Positions 1-14,489 of a stretch of DNA of 64,000 nt are shown piece by piece. Where the stretch lies: assembly GCA_047967505.1 (NCBI GenBank), contig CM106538.1; one strand, 5' to 3'. A model generated the notes under the pieces. It did no database searches and was not told the DNA's origin. It saw nothing but the letters and a program-made list of their open reading frames with translations. This DNA comes from Dipteris shenzhenensis. Lineage: Eukaryota. Position 1 is the stretch's first letter. Every line of letters begins with the position of its first letter. Position numbers and translations under genes: made by a program.

Positions 1-2599
1 CTTTTATACTAGTCACCTATTCAAGGGAGGGCCAACCATTTTCCTTATACCACTCTCTCTTCTCTCTTTTGTTACAACTGCTTGGGACCATATGGCGCCA
101 TTGAGGCTTTCTCTCAACCTCCTCTTATCTTCAAATGGCTCTTGTGTTATCCATATATGGGATCCAAATGGCTCTTGTGTTATCCTTGCCAATTTGGGTG
201 ATCTCGGTGCCTACCTCTGTCCTAAGACATTTGAGGCTCAAAACCCATAGGACTAGATCTATTTGAGCCATTTGCAGCTAAACCTCATAGGTCTAGATTG
301 ATGTTGAGCCATTTGTCTCTCAAAACCCATAGGGCCAGATCCATCACCGTGCTTCATGGGTATGGCCATTAACACCAAGACTCCTTCTGACAACAATACT
401 ACCCAGGGGCAATACAAACTGCAATGCGAGCGGGATCTAGCAAGCAGAGGATTCCCTTGAGAAGGAGAAGGTTGCTCGCCTTATGGTAGAAGGCACTAGG
501 AGACGACCAAAAAGTTAGAACACAAGCTATAATAGACGCAAGAGGCCCTTGCCACCAAAAGATCTCACACAGTAGGTAGATTTTGAGGCATTGTAGTGAC
601 AAGCTACCATAGATCAACAACAACATGCTTAGGTCATGGAGGAGAAACATGCACTAGAGCTCCAAGTCTAGCAACAACAAGCCACCCTGATTCAGCAATT
701 TATATGTAGCTACCCATCAATGAGAGTAGCAAATACTAGCACTGCAAGTGGATTTGCAGGCAACCAGCACAAGAACCAGGTCTTCTCCACGAGAGGCTGC
801 AAGAAGTGTCATCATCCTGAGCTTCCACACTCTACTTCACAATGCGCACTGTCCATGGCACCTACACATATTTTTTGCACACAGTCACCACCGCACCTTC
901 ACCGCACTTCTTTGCCACAGCATCCTTTTTGAAAATACTCTAACACTGTATGACCTCAATGAGGCATTTCGCCACTCCACATTCCAAGCACACCCACTTA
1001 TAATTATGGCATACTTCTAGGAAGATCTAGTTTTGGAACAGGCCATGGATATCCTAACACTTTATTACCATCCCATTGTATATAATTCCATCGTCTGGGG
1101 TAGAGTGCTTCACGCCACCAACTTCCTTATGACTATGCCAATACTTGAACTTGTAAAGCCTTCTACCCTAAAAGACCTCCCCTACAATCCTAAAATTCTC
1201 CAATGTAGTCTTGAATGGATGCAGGGGTGCGGTCACAATGATGTTGAATTCATTGTCCACCACCTATTTAGGGGAAGAAGTGAAAGACATCCCCCTACCA
1301 GTATCATGGTCCTTTACAATAATATTTTGAAAGCCCTTTAGAACATGATTCACACTGACGTACATCAATTTGATGATTCACATGTGGCCTACCCTATGGA
1401 AGTCCATCATGATGATATGGACTTAACTTGACTCTTTTCTAGCCGCCCCACAACCACCTCCCTCCTCACATCATGATACTACACCTAGCACAAGCCCAAG
1501 CTCTATAGTCACTGGCACTCACACAAGCATGGGCATAACCACACATCCCTCCACCTCACAACATGGAATAGGGGAAACACAATAGTAGCCTCTCAATGGA
1601 GAGGGACACAAAGACATTGGTACCAAACAGTGGTACAATATACTAAAGCCCATGCTCTTCTCTTATCTAGAAGGGCCATACAAAGAGGAGTCAAAAGAGG
1701 AAGCTTCCCAACATCCCCTAGAGAAAGAGGATCAATAGGCAACCACAAGACTCCACACCAGACCACAATACCTGATATGAGGCAATAAATTCCTTTAGAT
1801 CAGTTGAAGATATGGCAAATATGAACAAGTGGAAAGGAAAGGTGAAAAGCTTTCACCTCTCTCGGAAAGACATAATGGAAGTGAAAGCTTTAAATAAGCT
1901 CATTCAACGCAGCTTCCACAAATGGCGATGTGAACATGATCGGCGTACATGGAAATGATAGAACCAACTTGACTACAACATCATACCATAAGCCGATAAA
2001 GATACTGGTCTACAGCCTCAATGGAGAACCCATTTTTGAAACGCGCAGCATTTTGGAGGACTTAGTGATGCGTGAGGCGCAAGTGATGGATCATCCCCAG
2101 CTTCATGCCACTATGCTGACATTGGACTTGGACCGGTTTTGAGAAGCTCCTTCCTAGCTCTTGCTACCCAAATGAAGGAGTTCAACAGGACAATCGCATC
2201 CATCCCAGATCCAGCAAATGTGGCAACCATGCACTTTTTTAGCTCTACTAATTATTTTGTTAAGGGACCTCCCTGCTCTACTAGACCTACTGATGGCACC
2301 CACCAGTGCCTACAAGTGGAAATAGTGTTCAATCTCAACGAGGGCCCCTTATTCCCTCAAATACGTACGAGTCCGAAATCTTCCCAACCATCACATCCAA
2401 GCATTTGAAGACATATTCGAGACACATTTTCAGAAGCCACTACATCCCTTTTACCACATCTGCCACAAGACATACGACCACTACTGAATAATGAACAATG
2501 CCCTCAAATCCGACATCATGCACAATTATGCATAGGAAGGGGGGCATGTTAACTGCCATTTTGGTTAACAGTGAAAGAAAAAATATAGGAGAGAGCATG

Positions 2600-5321
2600 A
2601 GGAGTAGTAGGTGATAATTCCCTTGGAGCCGAATGGGCCCAAGTGGTTGTTGGAATGTCATTGTAAAGATAGGCCCCGCAAAAATTGCTCCAAGATAGGT
2701 GTATGCCTTGGTTTTGCCAAGGTTGACTGCATGAAATATCTCTCTCTACAAAATGCATCAAGAGCCTCAAAATGTTGCTATAGACCTGCTGTCGTAGAGG
2801 AAGAGAGGAGTACTATGTCATCTGCATATAATAATATTTGTATCATCAAATCTATAGGCAAGGATCCCTATCCACCTAAGCGGACAATGAACATCATAAT
2901 CTCATCAATAGAGAGCCCAAAGAGTGACAGAGAGAGAGAGGACATCATTGCTCCACTCTGATCATGCTCTCAATCTAGTTTGACAACCCACCAAGCGCAT
3001 GCACCCTCCCTCTCACAGACTCATATAGGCTCATCACACCCCAAATCATGACTCCCTATATCTTATCTCCTAAAGCCTTCGAATCATGCGAGCTCATGGT
3101 ACTGTGTGAAAGGCCTTCCACAAAGTCTACAAAACAAGCATAGACTTTCGGGATCTAGACCTTGCCTCCTCAATGACTGCCCTCAACGTGAAGATGAGAT
3201 CAAGAGTGGAATGTTGCCGTCAAAAGACCGCCTGTCCTAATGCTCTTTGTCGATGTGCCTTAGTATAAGAGCTGATCTCTTGCTCTAGCTCCGATCCATA
3301 TATCTTGGCCAACGTATGGCATATCATGAGTGTGTAGTAGTTCCTCATATCCATAGGGTCCCCTACTTTGTGTATCATACGATGGTAGTGTTGCTCCAGG
3401 TAGGAGGAAAGCCATGACATACTGCATGATTAAACATCTATGCTAGAATTAAGGCCAAGATCTCATGTCCATGTGCAAAGTATTCCGTCCTCAATCCCTC
3501 ATCATAGAACCATGGATTCTAGGGCATCTTCCTAGTTGGGAAACATGATGTAGATCGAATCGTGGGGAAGGATCTGACTACGGCATCATGTACCACTGAT
3601 ACTAAAGTGTCTGAGGCATGGGCAAGGTTGCCAAGAGAGTGTGGTAGTTCATGCGACAAGTGGCTCATGTATACTACATTGAGTGCATGATCAAAATGCA
3701 CTTGGACCCGAGTGGAGATTGGTGGATCCTTTCCTATGTGATCAGCAACAATGAAGCTGAGATGCTGAAGGTTCGATAGGAGTGATCAACACCAAGTTGG
3801 GGAGGAAGGACAATGAGATCATGTACATGTGACACAAAAGTTAGAGATCCCAAAAGGTAATCTACTCTACTTGATCCCCCTCCGTGTGGAAAGTAGGTGA
3901 ACTCTCCCAATAGTGGCCATTGAAGAAGACCATTCTATATGATCAAATTATGACCTACCCCCATATCTAGCAGCCATACCCAGTGACGTATGGCACATCC
4001 TCTAAGCATCTCTCTATCCAAAGCTCTGGCAGATCTATCTCAGGTACTCTGAGGAAATCATCGAAACCAAGTAGGCCCACTTGTCTATTCCCAATATGTG
4101 CATTAAAGTCCCCAAAAAGTAAGATTGCTCCCTGCATCGAGAACTCTAATATCACCAAATATCATCTCATATGGGCTATGACCCTCTATAGAGACATACC
4201 TATTAGTGTATGTCTCTGAGAAACCCCTTGGGTCAGACCAAAGGGTTCCATTGCAATTCCATGCAACCGTTTGTATCCTGCTTTGTGTTCTCATCTCTAG
4301 GCCTCAACACCGTCATATACTGACTATTTCACCTTCCTTCTTTGATTTTTGTTCTATCTGCTCTCACACAAATGGTGACCTTACCATCTCTATATGCAGC
4401 CCATTTCCCTTCATGTCTTGCTGCCATAACTTTCACCATTCCCTCTCTTCGATGTTCCTATTGTAGGAGGGTTAGATCATCATCTAGATAAGTCTTGGTA
4501 CCCTTCAGCGTTTCCCTCATGCTCATAAGAATAATAGATATGTCCTCTTTGGTCATGAATCTCACCACCAATGGCCTTCCTGGTGCATCCACTCTACCCA
4601 CTGTCCAAGCTGCTTCACAAATTAGAATGACTCCCATTTTGGTGAATAAGATTTTGGCGTCCGCCATTGGGGTATACCCTACTAATAGGCCTCTGACAAG
4701 TACATTGAAAGATTTGTTGTCTTGTCTCTTATCCTCTTCAAGAGCATCCTTCCATTCCATTATTTTGGCTTCCCCTTTACTTAACTACATCCTTCCATTC
4801 CATTATTTTGGCTTCCCCTTTACTAATTTGATGTTAAGTTTAGCATGCTTTCCTTGCATTATGGCTTGCATGGCTGCTATGTCTTTCCTGAGATTGGCAT
4901 TCTCAATTTTGAGCTCTTCCACCATTTTTCCTGTCCCTTCTTGAGTCCCTTTCAACTCTTTGACTTGCTGTAATTCGATCTCCAATGCATGTATTTTGTC
5001 TTGAAGGCTGGTTTTGGTAGATTCATTCTCTCTCTCACTCCTCTTTCTTAGATTTCTCCTTTCTTGCAACTTCCCTCCCTGCTTCTTCATTTCATTTAGG
5101 GCCTTATCCACATGTGTTTTCTCAGCCAACAATGCCACATCTGTGGCTTCCAAGCTCTCCACCTTCTCAATGAGGGCAATACAAATTTTATTGATGCTAG
5201 TGAGTACATTCTCCACAGCCTTACTGGTTGTCCCTGATAAATATGTTGTCATGGCATTCTCCAAAGCTTGCTTTCCCCATTTCTCTTCCACGCATCCTCG
5301 CGTAGGCATTGCAAATAACAA
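2600..5321 (-). mobile_element. Degenerate non-LTR retrotransposon (LINE): ORF1 (coiled coil + RRM-like), APE endonuclease and RT fragments
   Basis: Minus-strand fragments occur in LINE order. ORF1 coiled coil at 4803-5321 and RPLVVRF...LKGTKTYLDDDLT at 4458-4760. Endonuclease motifs IQTVAWNCNG and ILLFGDFNAHIG at 3967-4294. RT motif LYADDIV at ~2811-2832, preceded by SLFGLSID. Many stops and deletions. Confidence 0.8.
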
Positions 5322-7544
5322 CCAACACCCCTTCTATTTCCTGTGTATAATGGACCAAATTCAGAATATGACAACCACCTTCACATTTGTATATATGTTG
5401 ACAGCTCGTGGCGGTCCTCAATCAATCCTCAACTGCACTGGTATTTTTCTTTCTCCTTTTCTTGAATAATACATGTTACTACTTCTTCTTAATCAAGGCT
5501 GATCACATTCTTTTCATGGTGTCTCTCTTCTGATTCATGCTGCTTGCGATGGTCGGGAGTGCCTATCTGCTGTGTGAGGGTGCAGACCTTGTGCAGATTG
5601 GATGGGGGTAGGCTTTATGAAAGCGCAATGGGTGTGGCTCCTTGTGGCTCAAGGTGGTGCAGTAGTGAGCCCAAATTCGGCTGAGTCGTCAGATGGGGGC
5701 TAAACAGCCCGCGTACTACGATAGGTAGCCTCGACGGGGCAGCAGGCCCATTATAGAGACAATAGGCCCGCTCGAGCAGGTAAGATAGAGATGAGGGCTA
5801 TAGGCCAACCAGCAGGCCCGTCGACGGGTATGGTGGAGATGGGGGCTATAAGCCCCACGACAAGAAAGCGGGAGCTATAAAGCCTCACGAGAACAGACAG
5901 CGTGAGGACGGGGGCTAGAGAGCCCCCGTGATTCTGACGGTGTAGGTGGGTGGGCTGAGGTTGTCGAACGGAGGGACTAAGGTGAACGAATGGGCGGATG
6001 AATGATCGGCGAACGGACGGAGCAGGAGGGGTGACGATGGACGGACGAGAGGTGACGACGGATGGAACAAGAGGGTTGACAACAAACGGAATAGGAGGGG
6101 TGATGTCAAACGGAACGAACGGAAGGGGTGATGATGAAGGAGGACGACGACGATGACGAATGAGAGAGATGAGAGAGAAGAGAAGGGGGCAGGAGAAGGA
6201 GGGGGGAGATTTCCACCTTAGGAGAGAGAGAGAGAGAGAGATTATAGTTGTTATAATATGCTTAGATGAAGAGGATATGAAAGTCTCTATAAGATGTTAT
6301 GTTACATTTCATAATTTTAATTTTATTTACTTTAAAAATGTTACAAATTACCTTATATTTTTGTTTAATTTTTTCCTTCTAAAGAGTGCTTTTTCTTTTT
6401 TTTTAATTTATCCCAAAGTACTTATAAAAATGAATTTGGAGAGTGCACGAGTTCTAAAATTAATGAAATACATTTTGTCAACCTATTTTCCTAAAGGTGG
6501 AGAAGTCGTGCCATTGATTCATCCAGAAGTCCAAGGTTGAACATATGTACTATTGCGTCATGTATCATCTTGATTCATCAAAACAAGTTGCAGAAACAAC
6601 ACCCAATAGCTAAGTTGTATACACTGGGTTGTGATGCAGACTTTTACAATTTTCTCTGTGTCAGCGTTACCAAGATGAACCTTGCCTCTGGATTTTTAGC
6701 TGCGTAGTCTTCTTAGAGTCATCCTAAATGTCATGGAGTAGACTGCATATACATGTTTTGTGGCTCACAAAATATCAAAATCAAAAGTCATGCGAAAAGA
6801 GAAAACACCATGTTACTGCTTTCACGTATCAGGATATTTTCAGTAAAAGAACGTGTTCATAGATTATGCCCTTGTCCCTCATCTAAGCATAACGACATCT
6901 TTCATGAAGTGCTGAAGGGTGACCTTTTCTATCATATATGGGTCTGTCAAGTTAGAACCCAATGCCACAATATATCCCAGAGAACTAGATTTCCTTTAGT
7001 ATTCATAGAAAGTGAACTTTGGAAAGGTCGTTCTCCTCAAATGGAGAAGTCATGCCTTACGTGTTAGCACATCGAGCAAGTCTATTACTACTCTTGTTAT
7101 CTTAGACAAAAGGACAAAAAATAAGACTCCTACAAGGTGGTCAAAAAACATAATTTGTGTACCCCATTACCATAGAATAATGCCGTTCCAAAAGGGAAAT
7201 CGATAGGATGAAGTGTTAACACATGGGCAAGCAGTTTAATATCCTCCCATTTATTTACATGATATCACGATTGATAAGGAAAGCTTGGAGAGTCCTAGCC
7301 AATTTCGACAACATATTGGATGCAAAATTGCAAAATCCATGAACTTCCAAAGCTTTTACAGTCTTATGCCAAGTATTACAGAAACCTTTGTAGAAATAAA
7401 GTAGGTTCATGCATGTTAAGGGCGGTGAATTACTAGAGCTAAGGATAGGGGAAGGAGTATGCTAGTAAAGGTAGAACATTGGCCATAGTCATTGTGCATC
7501 TAATGTGCCCAAACTTGAGGATTCTTCAAGAAAGCCATGTGGGG

Positions 7545-7878
7545 AGCACAATGAGTATTTATAGTAGTAGTGCAATCTATTCCGTGGTCACACAAAGGAT
7601 GGAGTGATATCTAAGTCAAGGGAAGGAATTACCTGGAAAGAGTCCAGTGCCATCAAGGATTTTGCAATGCACAAATGCTGCTGGCTCTTCCTTTGCTTGG
7701 AGTCGGTCCCTCGATGTTGGTAGCACAATGAGTATCTATGGTAGTAGTGCCATCTATTATGTGGTCACTCAAAGGATGGAGTGGTATCTAAGTCAAGGCA
7801 AGGCCTTACCTGGAAAGAGTCAGCTGCCATCAAGGCTTTTTCCATGCACAAATGTTATTGGCTCTTCCTTTGCTTGGA
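7545..7878. repeat. Diverged tandem duplication, ~177-bp period, 2 copies
   Basis: agcacaatgagtat...ggctcttcctttgcttgga begins at 7545 and again at 7722. Confidence 0.85.
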
Positions 7879-8499
7879 ATAAGTGCCTTGGTAGTAGTCT
7901 ATCAGAACTTCCATGCATATCAGCACCAAATGTAGAATGAAGCTATAAGTTCAATATAAAAGGAATGGTAACGTAGACCTCCTAAGGTTGAGTTCACACT
8001 ACTCGTCCGATTGTCCTCCAAAAATGATGGGAAATTTCGTCATCCTACTTGGACAAATAGGAAAGACGGCGGGCCCAAACTCTAACCCAAAAAAATTGTG
8101 TCCGTCATATGCAGCCGCCCACTGAGTGAGTAGGTCAAAAATTTTGCCCATGGAGCGGATTGAGCCCATGTTGCCTAACACAAATTATTTCATCTATCCA
8201 CTACACCAATCAAACATTGGTGTAATTAAATGGCCGCCTCGTCCAAAAATCTTGACCGTTGGGTCATGTAAACCACCACACACAACGTCCATCCTCCAAA
8301 AGTGTTTCCTCCACCCATGGTTGGGCTAGGCTGGTGGTGTGGACTTGGCCTAATGTTTATGTCAGGTGCCTTAACTACTGTGCCCCCCACATCATGACTT
8401 CTTGGAACATCTAGGTTGTCTGGTGTAGTCAAGTGATGGGGGTCTAGCAAGTCCCTCTAACTGCTACCCTAGTCGCCATTTAGCAGGACATCATTCTCA

Positions 8500-10460
8500 C
8501 TTTGCAAGCCACTTGAGAGCATGGTACTCTAGGTTCGAGAATGACTGCCAAAGGGTGGGAGTGTTTCTACAAGGCTTGGCCTACATGTGTTTTCTATGCC
8601 TTCTGCGCAAAAGGTATTTGTTGATGTATAGACCGGCACCCTGGTTGTTAGCCCATGTTCCAAAGACTCCCTAGGCCGTGAGATCAATTCTTCGAAAACA
8701 GGCTGGTTTCCCTTGATAGCTAGTTTCTCATTGTACTTATGATCACTAGCCTTTCAGAAGCTGGTTTGCATGGTGTCCTTCAAGACTTAATAGAAGTTTA
8801 CTTTCTCTAGGGAAGAAAAAAAGTCTACTTCCCACAATTTAAAATCACGGTCTCATTGGTTAGAGGAAGTCTTCTCTTCTCGGTTGAAGAATAGGTATCA
8901 TTCAATATGGCTTACACTAATGGAAGCTATTGCTCCTACTTGGACTTCGCATCATGACAATATGATTAAAAGTCAATTGATTGTATACCTCTAATTGCCC
9001 GTTCGTTTGTAGATGAAAAGTACTGTCCATCTGGAGCTTGATGCCAAAGTTTTCAAACACATCCCTCCATAGATGCGTGGTGAATTTGGAATCTCTGTAT
9101 GTGGTAAACAATCCTCCAATCGGGTACCAATGCCTGATAAATAAGTGGGCTATGTCTTCTGTGTTGGTTGCATAGAATAAGCATATAGAATTCGCTAAAA
9201 CGATCAACAATGGTTAGACATTGAACCTGTAGATGCAGGAAGGGGTCCCTCAAAATGCATCGTGATGTCCTAGAAACGACCTTCGAGGATCAATAAGGGC
9301 TGACGCAATCCTGTCACCTTCAGATGGGACAATTTTACCTTTTTTGCAAATTTGGCATCTCTGCACATAGCTATATACACCCTTCCTCATTTGTCCTTTC
9401 ACTGAGGGCCATTACCCACTGGGGTTGTGGACTATTACACGGCTTTGGCTCCTGGTTTGGACTTGCTTGGGCTTTTCCTTGCTCAACATCATTTCCTGAT
9501 TCTGAGCCAGGATAAGGGCACGCTCGTAATTGAGTGGGTCAAAATTCCGAACAAGTGAATGTTGGAGTCTAACCCACTAATGAATTGCTTGAGCTTATTG
9601 GTCTCACACATGCCTAATGGTTGGACTAGAGTTATAACCTTATTACTGTAGGTTAATACGAGCAAACCATTTTGGGCAAGATGAGAAAACTCATCTTCTA
9701 GATTCAACAAGTAAGGAGGCAAAACCGAGCTTTGAGGTCAGTCACAAACATATCCCACTGGAAACTAGTGACTTGTGTGGTCAGATTATTATAATTTTTA
9801 GACCAATGCTGCCACCAGGTCAAGAGGGATGACTAGATGAGGGACCACTTGATCGGTTAGATGAGGGACGGCTAGATGGACTTTGTCATGTTCATCTTGA
9901 ATACGAGCAAGCAAAAAATGAGCTACAAATTGATGATTAAACTACAAAATGGCTAAGTGGAGTGGATCGGGTGAGTGGAGTAACCTTTGGTGTGGTCAAA
10001 GCCGAGAGGGAAGCATTGCTCATGCTAGCTTGCATAGTGGCCAACATCAGTTTGCGATGGAGCAACATGGCTTCCTAATCGAGTCGGTGTTGCTTCTCGA
10101 CTTACGGCCATCTTGTCACGCTGAAGTGCTACCTCCTGTTTGCAAAGTGCGCATCAACAAGAGCAGTTTTTCGTATTTTGAGAGTCCCTTACCTTCTTCA
10201 TGTTTTTCCTCCTGTGTAGTTTTTTTTCCTTCCAGCTGCTTATCTTTTTCTCCTACTTGCCATGAAGTTCCTTCAAGTCTATTTTGTTCCATGAGCTTCT
10301 CTAACATTGCTTGAGTGCTTGGCGGAAGCGTACTTTGTCTCCCTAGTAGTCAAAATTTTACTCTTCTTCTCTCTGCTGCTCCATGATGCTGGTCGGTGTG
10401 TCCTTTCTAGATACACTCGCATCGTCAAACTGGATTACAAACTGAAGCTCTAATACTGAT
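8500..10460 (-). mobile_element. Highly degenerate Ty3/Gypsy LTR-retrotransposon remnant (gag + integrase pieces)
   Basis: Integrase-like TIVDRFS, RDSKFT..W...F...G.KL..STFH.QT.GQ.EV.N at 8917-9253. Gag-like LKQFISGL near 9570-9600. Weak tRNA-Met PBS-like gctctaatactg at 10447-10458 next to tgtaaca. Confidence 0.6.
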
Positions 10461-11599
10461 GTAACATGCACAATTAATGATCGTGTAATGCACAGCAAGA
10501 CCTTTAAACCTTTGTGCGAGGCATATGGTATGCACCATAGAGAGATTAGGATTAGAGAGAGAGTGTAGACGACGAGATTGGGTCCCTATAACCATTGAGG
10601 GCCCCCTTCCCCAAATAGGGAAGAATTTTCTTTATACTTAGAAAACTAGAAAAGATACAAATAACACTCCTTCAGAGAGCACGGCATGCAACTTTGAGGA
10701 TGACCCTTTGACACTGAGAGTCGATCCACAAATGCTTGAGAAGCAACCCAATCTCAACCAAGACCAACGCTGCCCACACGGAAGATGTGGACCACTGTGC
10801 AAGGCTATTGAAGAGACTTGTGCTGTCCCCGAGCATGCAACGGAGCTGCATGAGTGAGAGAGATGAAGGAAAGAAGAAAATCTAAGATATGGAGCTGAGA
10901 GGTCTATATGAAAGCTGAGAGAGATGGAGCTAAAGAGAAAGAAAGAAAGAAAGTTTATTAAAGTCTTCGGAAGACCGATGGGTCTATGAGACTATAGAAA
11001 AGCCTGATACAATGAGCTGTGGTAGTGGAGCTACTAAACGAGCATCCACACCAATGGAGAATGCAAAATGGTAGTACTAAGTCGTAAGTACAACTTAGTC
11101 ATGTCGATAGTCGACTGTATATCAATCTCAGCATCATCATCATTATCATAATAATCATCATCATCATCAGCAGCAGCAGCAAGACATCAAGATGGATGAG
11201 GCAGTGGAGGTATGAGGTCAGCAATAGAGCGCTGTCGGCCCCTCAAGGTGAAGTCCTGGTACATCTTCTGGTCATAGCTCTCCGTCTAACTAGGGCCACT
11301 ATGACATCTCCTGGTCATAGCTTCTCAAGGTGCAGTCCTGGTACATCTCCTGGTCATAGCTCTCCGTCTAACCAAGGCCAATGTGACCCCCGTCAGTCAT
11401 GCTCCAACTCAAAACAAGGAGGGGATGTCCCCAAGTATGATCTGTGTGTCAACCCTCTGTCTTAGCTCTCGGTTCATAGGCTCTGGGTCACGGTCATGTC
11501 GAGGTCTCATCTCATGGGGGTCTATGTGATCTGGCTAAAAGAACTCCGTGATAGAGCTCTGAGAGGTATCGGTCGAGGAAGAAGTCTGCTCATCTCCAT

Positions 11600-13100
11600 G
11601 CTCAGAGTATCCTCTCACAGTGTCTAACACCTCATGAATGAAACCAGTCAAACACTGCTGGTCTGGGTAGGAGAGGAAACATGCCAAAACCCCATACCTA
11701 TCTTTGAAGAGACAGTGGAAACGCCCTCGGATCTCATAGTAAACATGACACCTGAAGATGAAATGCTCCTATGTCTCAACCTCTTGCATGTCACACAATG
11801 TGCATATGCACCTCTCCCTGGGTAACCGCTCTGCTCTACCGCTCTCGATACGAAGTCTGTGTGAAGAGACTTGAAATTGCCCAAGAGAGATCCTTAGCGG
11901 GTGGAGTATGTGAATCTGCGTGTATCCTGGTGGATCAATGAAACCCTCCGCTGTGATATGTAAGAAGTGATCTCTCTAAAAGCCCAATTTCACTGAAAGA
12001 TCACTCGGACCCAACTAAGTCCGGAATGTGTTAGTAGCTGTAGTAGATCCTCATGGATAACCTGGTTGACCTCGTGTGATAGGAGGAGAGAGAACAAAGC
12101 ATCCATGCTGTACTGGAATAGTGGTCTATCCATTTCGAGTCCTAGTCCCTCAAACCATCTGTGCATGCATACCAGCACCTTTGGTCTCCCCTTACTGCAA
12201 GTGCCATAGAAGAGAACAGTGCTAGCCATGGTATCTTGCTACGCCTAGAGGTGTAATCCCCATACTCCCTGACTGGGTACAGATATGTGATGACCTAAAA
12301 TGTAGCATCTGGCTGTATTGGGGGTGACCCAAACTACGCCTGAATGATCTGGTGAGGAATGGATGGCTTACCATGGATCATCTGTGATAACATGAGAACC
12401 TGTAGCAGCTCCACCCTGACCCACTCTGTATCCGACAAGTCTAGCCCCCAGCATGGACTGCCATACATCCTTGCTAGGTGGACCAAGGAGTCAAAAAGCA
12501 ATCCTTTGGTCTGTGGATCCTGAAAGTGAGAGCAAAAGCACTGCCTCTCTAGTCTAGCCAATGAAGCATATCCTCTGCTCACGCGTACATGCATCATGGG
12601 TGTCATAGTGAAGATAGGTTCAAAAAAGATGACTCCAAGATAAGTGTATGATGAAACTACCTCGACAGGGGACCATCAAATGCGAAGTGCTCTTGGCGCA
12701 TGATGGCTCGAGATGTATTGAAGATCATAACCTTGGTTTTACCCAAGTTGACCTTCAAATAATGACACTCACAAAAGGATTGTAGTGCATCAAGGTGTCT
12801 CTAGAGCCCCTCTGTTGAGGAAGACAAGAGAGCCACATCATCTACATAAAGCAATTTCCTGATCAACATGCCCACGAGAGAGCAACGTACCTCCCCTGTG
12901 TTTGCATCAATGTCGCGAGCTTGTCAATGCGGAGGCCAAACACGATAGGTAATAATGGACACCCTTGCTTGACCTCGATAGTGCTCATGATCTCGTATGT
13001 CCATCCAATTCCTGTCCGGACTCTGTTTGAAACTTGCTCATAAAGTGTCCTGACAGCCCGAATGATCTCCTGGTCGTAACCCAAATCACAAGTTGCACTA
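11600..13100 (-). mobile_element. LINE reverse-transcriptase 3' fragment (degenerate)
   Basis: STIEVKQGCPLLPIVFGL at 12863-13084, LLYVDDVALL at ~12826-12855, then VNLGKTKVMIF and the downstream RT C-terminal region at 12334-12606. Confidence 0.8.
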
Positions 13101-13923
13101 GAGTCTCAGGAAATACAATCTCCATGAAGTCTGGAACCACTTGACTATAATCCCAGAGGATCCACGCCTTCTTTTCCCAAACTCATTCCTGGCAGAGGAC
13201 AGAATAAGGAGCTATCCTCTCAATACCAGCTCCCAGTCGAGCAAGTAGACCTGGAAACTCACGGACAATCATGAAAGAGGAATCCATCAACGCTAAAGGA
13301 AGGACTCTAAGGCCAAAACCACAACACCAGCAAAAGCGCCCAACTCATTGCATATGGCCTCAGGTGCACATCAATAGGAATGCCACATTCATAAGCAAGA
13401 AACTTGTTCAGCTCCACCATTGAAGGCACTTTACCAACTCCTCTTGCAAGCTTGTCCATTGACCACTTCTAATGGGATTTCACAGATAGCTGCACTGAAT
13501 CTAGGAGTCCCTTCTTCTCTGCCTCGCTAGCCCGCTAGACCAACTCTTGTTTGAGCATCGACTTAATGTCATGATTAGATAGGGGTGAAAGCCACCATGG
13601 AAGTTATGAGATATTGCATTGGCATACGATGGGTTTCATTAGATTTACCATCCTCTCCATAAGCTATCTGTGTCTTCTCGTCAGCTATCCCATCCACTCG
13701 TTCCACTGTCTTGCTCGCACCTTGAACCAGTCCCATCTCGTTCCCTACAGCTCTTTCACTCATCAGGCTCTCCTCATGATCAACGCAACTCGTCTGTACG
13801 CAACATCTATTACAGCTCCTTTTAACTACCTCATGCACCGTTAAGGGGGACCTTTGCATACATGGCAAATGAGGATGCACACACTAGGCTCTTCAAAGTT
13901 TCAATAACATTGGAGCTCCTAGC

Positions 13924-14033
13924 ATCAAGTAATTTTTTGGCCTGCCCTAGGACGGGGAGGGCTGAGTGTCTAAAAGGGAATTGCATATATTGTTCCATGT
14001 TCAACTTACTCCATGTATTCGGCCAAGTTTGAG

Positions 14034-14065
<32 letters not shown>

Positions 14066-14342
14066 TTCCCGCGAGTCCGCTTGCATCATATCCCTTGATG
14101 CAACCAAGAAGCCACGTTGTCTCCTTGTGGTTCATGTTTTTCATCGAAAGGTGTTATTCTCTCGAAAATATCATCAAGCAATTTTTTGGTCTGCCCTAGG
14201 ACTGGGAGGGCTTAGTGCCTAAAAGGGAATTGCATCTATTGTTCCATGTCAACTTACTCCATGTATTCGGCCAAGTTTGAGTCTCTCTCTCTTTCTCGTG
14301 AGTCCGCTTGCATCATCTCCCTTGATGCAGCCAAGAAGCCAC
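13924..14342. repeat. Tandem duplication (~250-bp period) immediately upstream of EBP2, containing (CT)n
   Basis: ctgccctaggac.gggagggct.agtg.ctaaaagggaattgcat...gatgca.ccaagaagccac is present twice (~13924-14115 and ~14172-14342). Confidence 0.85.
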
Positions 14343-14489
14343 CAAACTTTTGGGCAGGTCATTCATTTCTCTCACTTGTTTCTCACTTGTTTCAATGTTT
14401 TAAACCGTTAAAACCTAAAAGGTTTAAGTTTTAAAACCTAAACTGCTGAACTTCAGGCCGTGGAAACAAGAGAGAGAAGAGCCAGCGCG

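Noticed and set aside
1-2460. Coding-like decayed sequence (possible Gypsy 3' extra region)
   Set aside because: Only a faint resemblance to 24.5-28.9 kb; no diagnostic motif.
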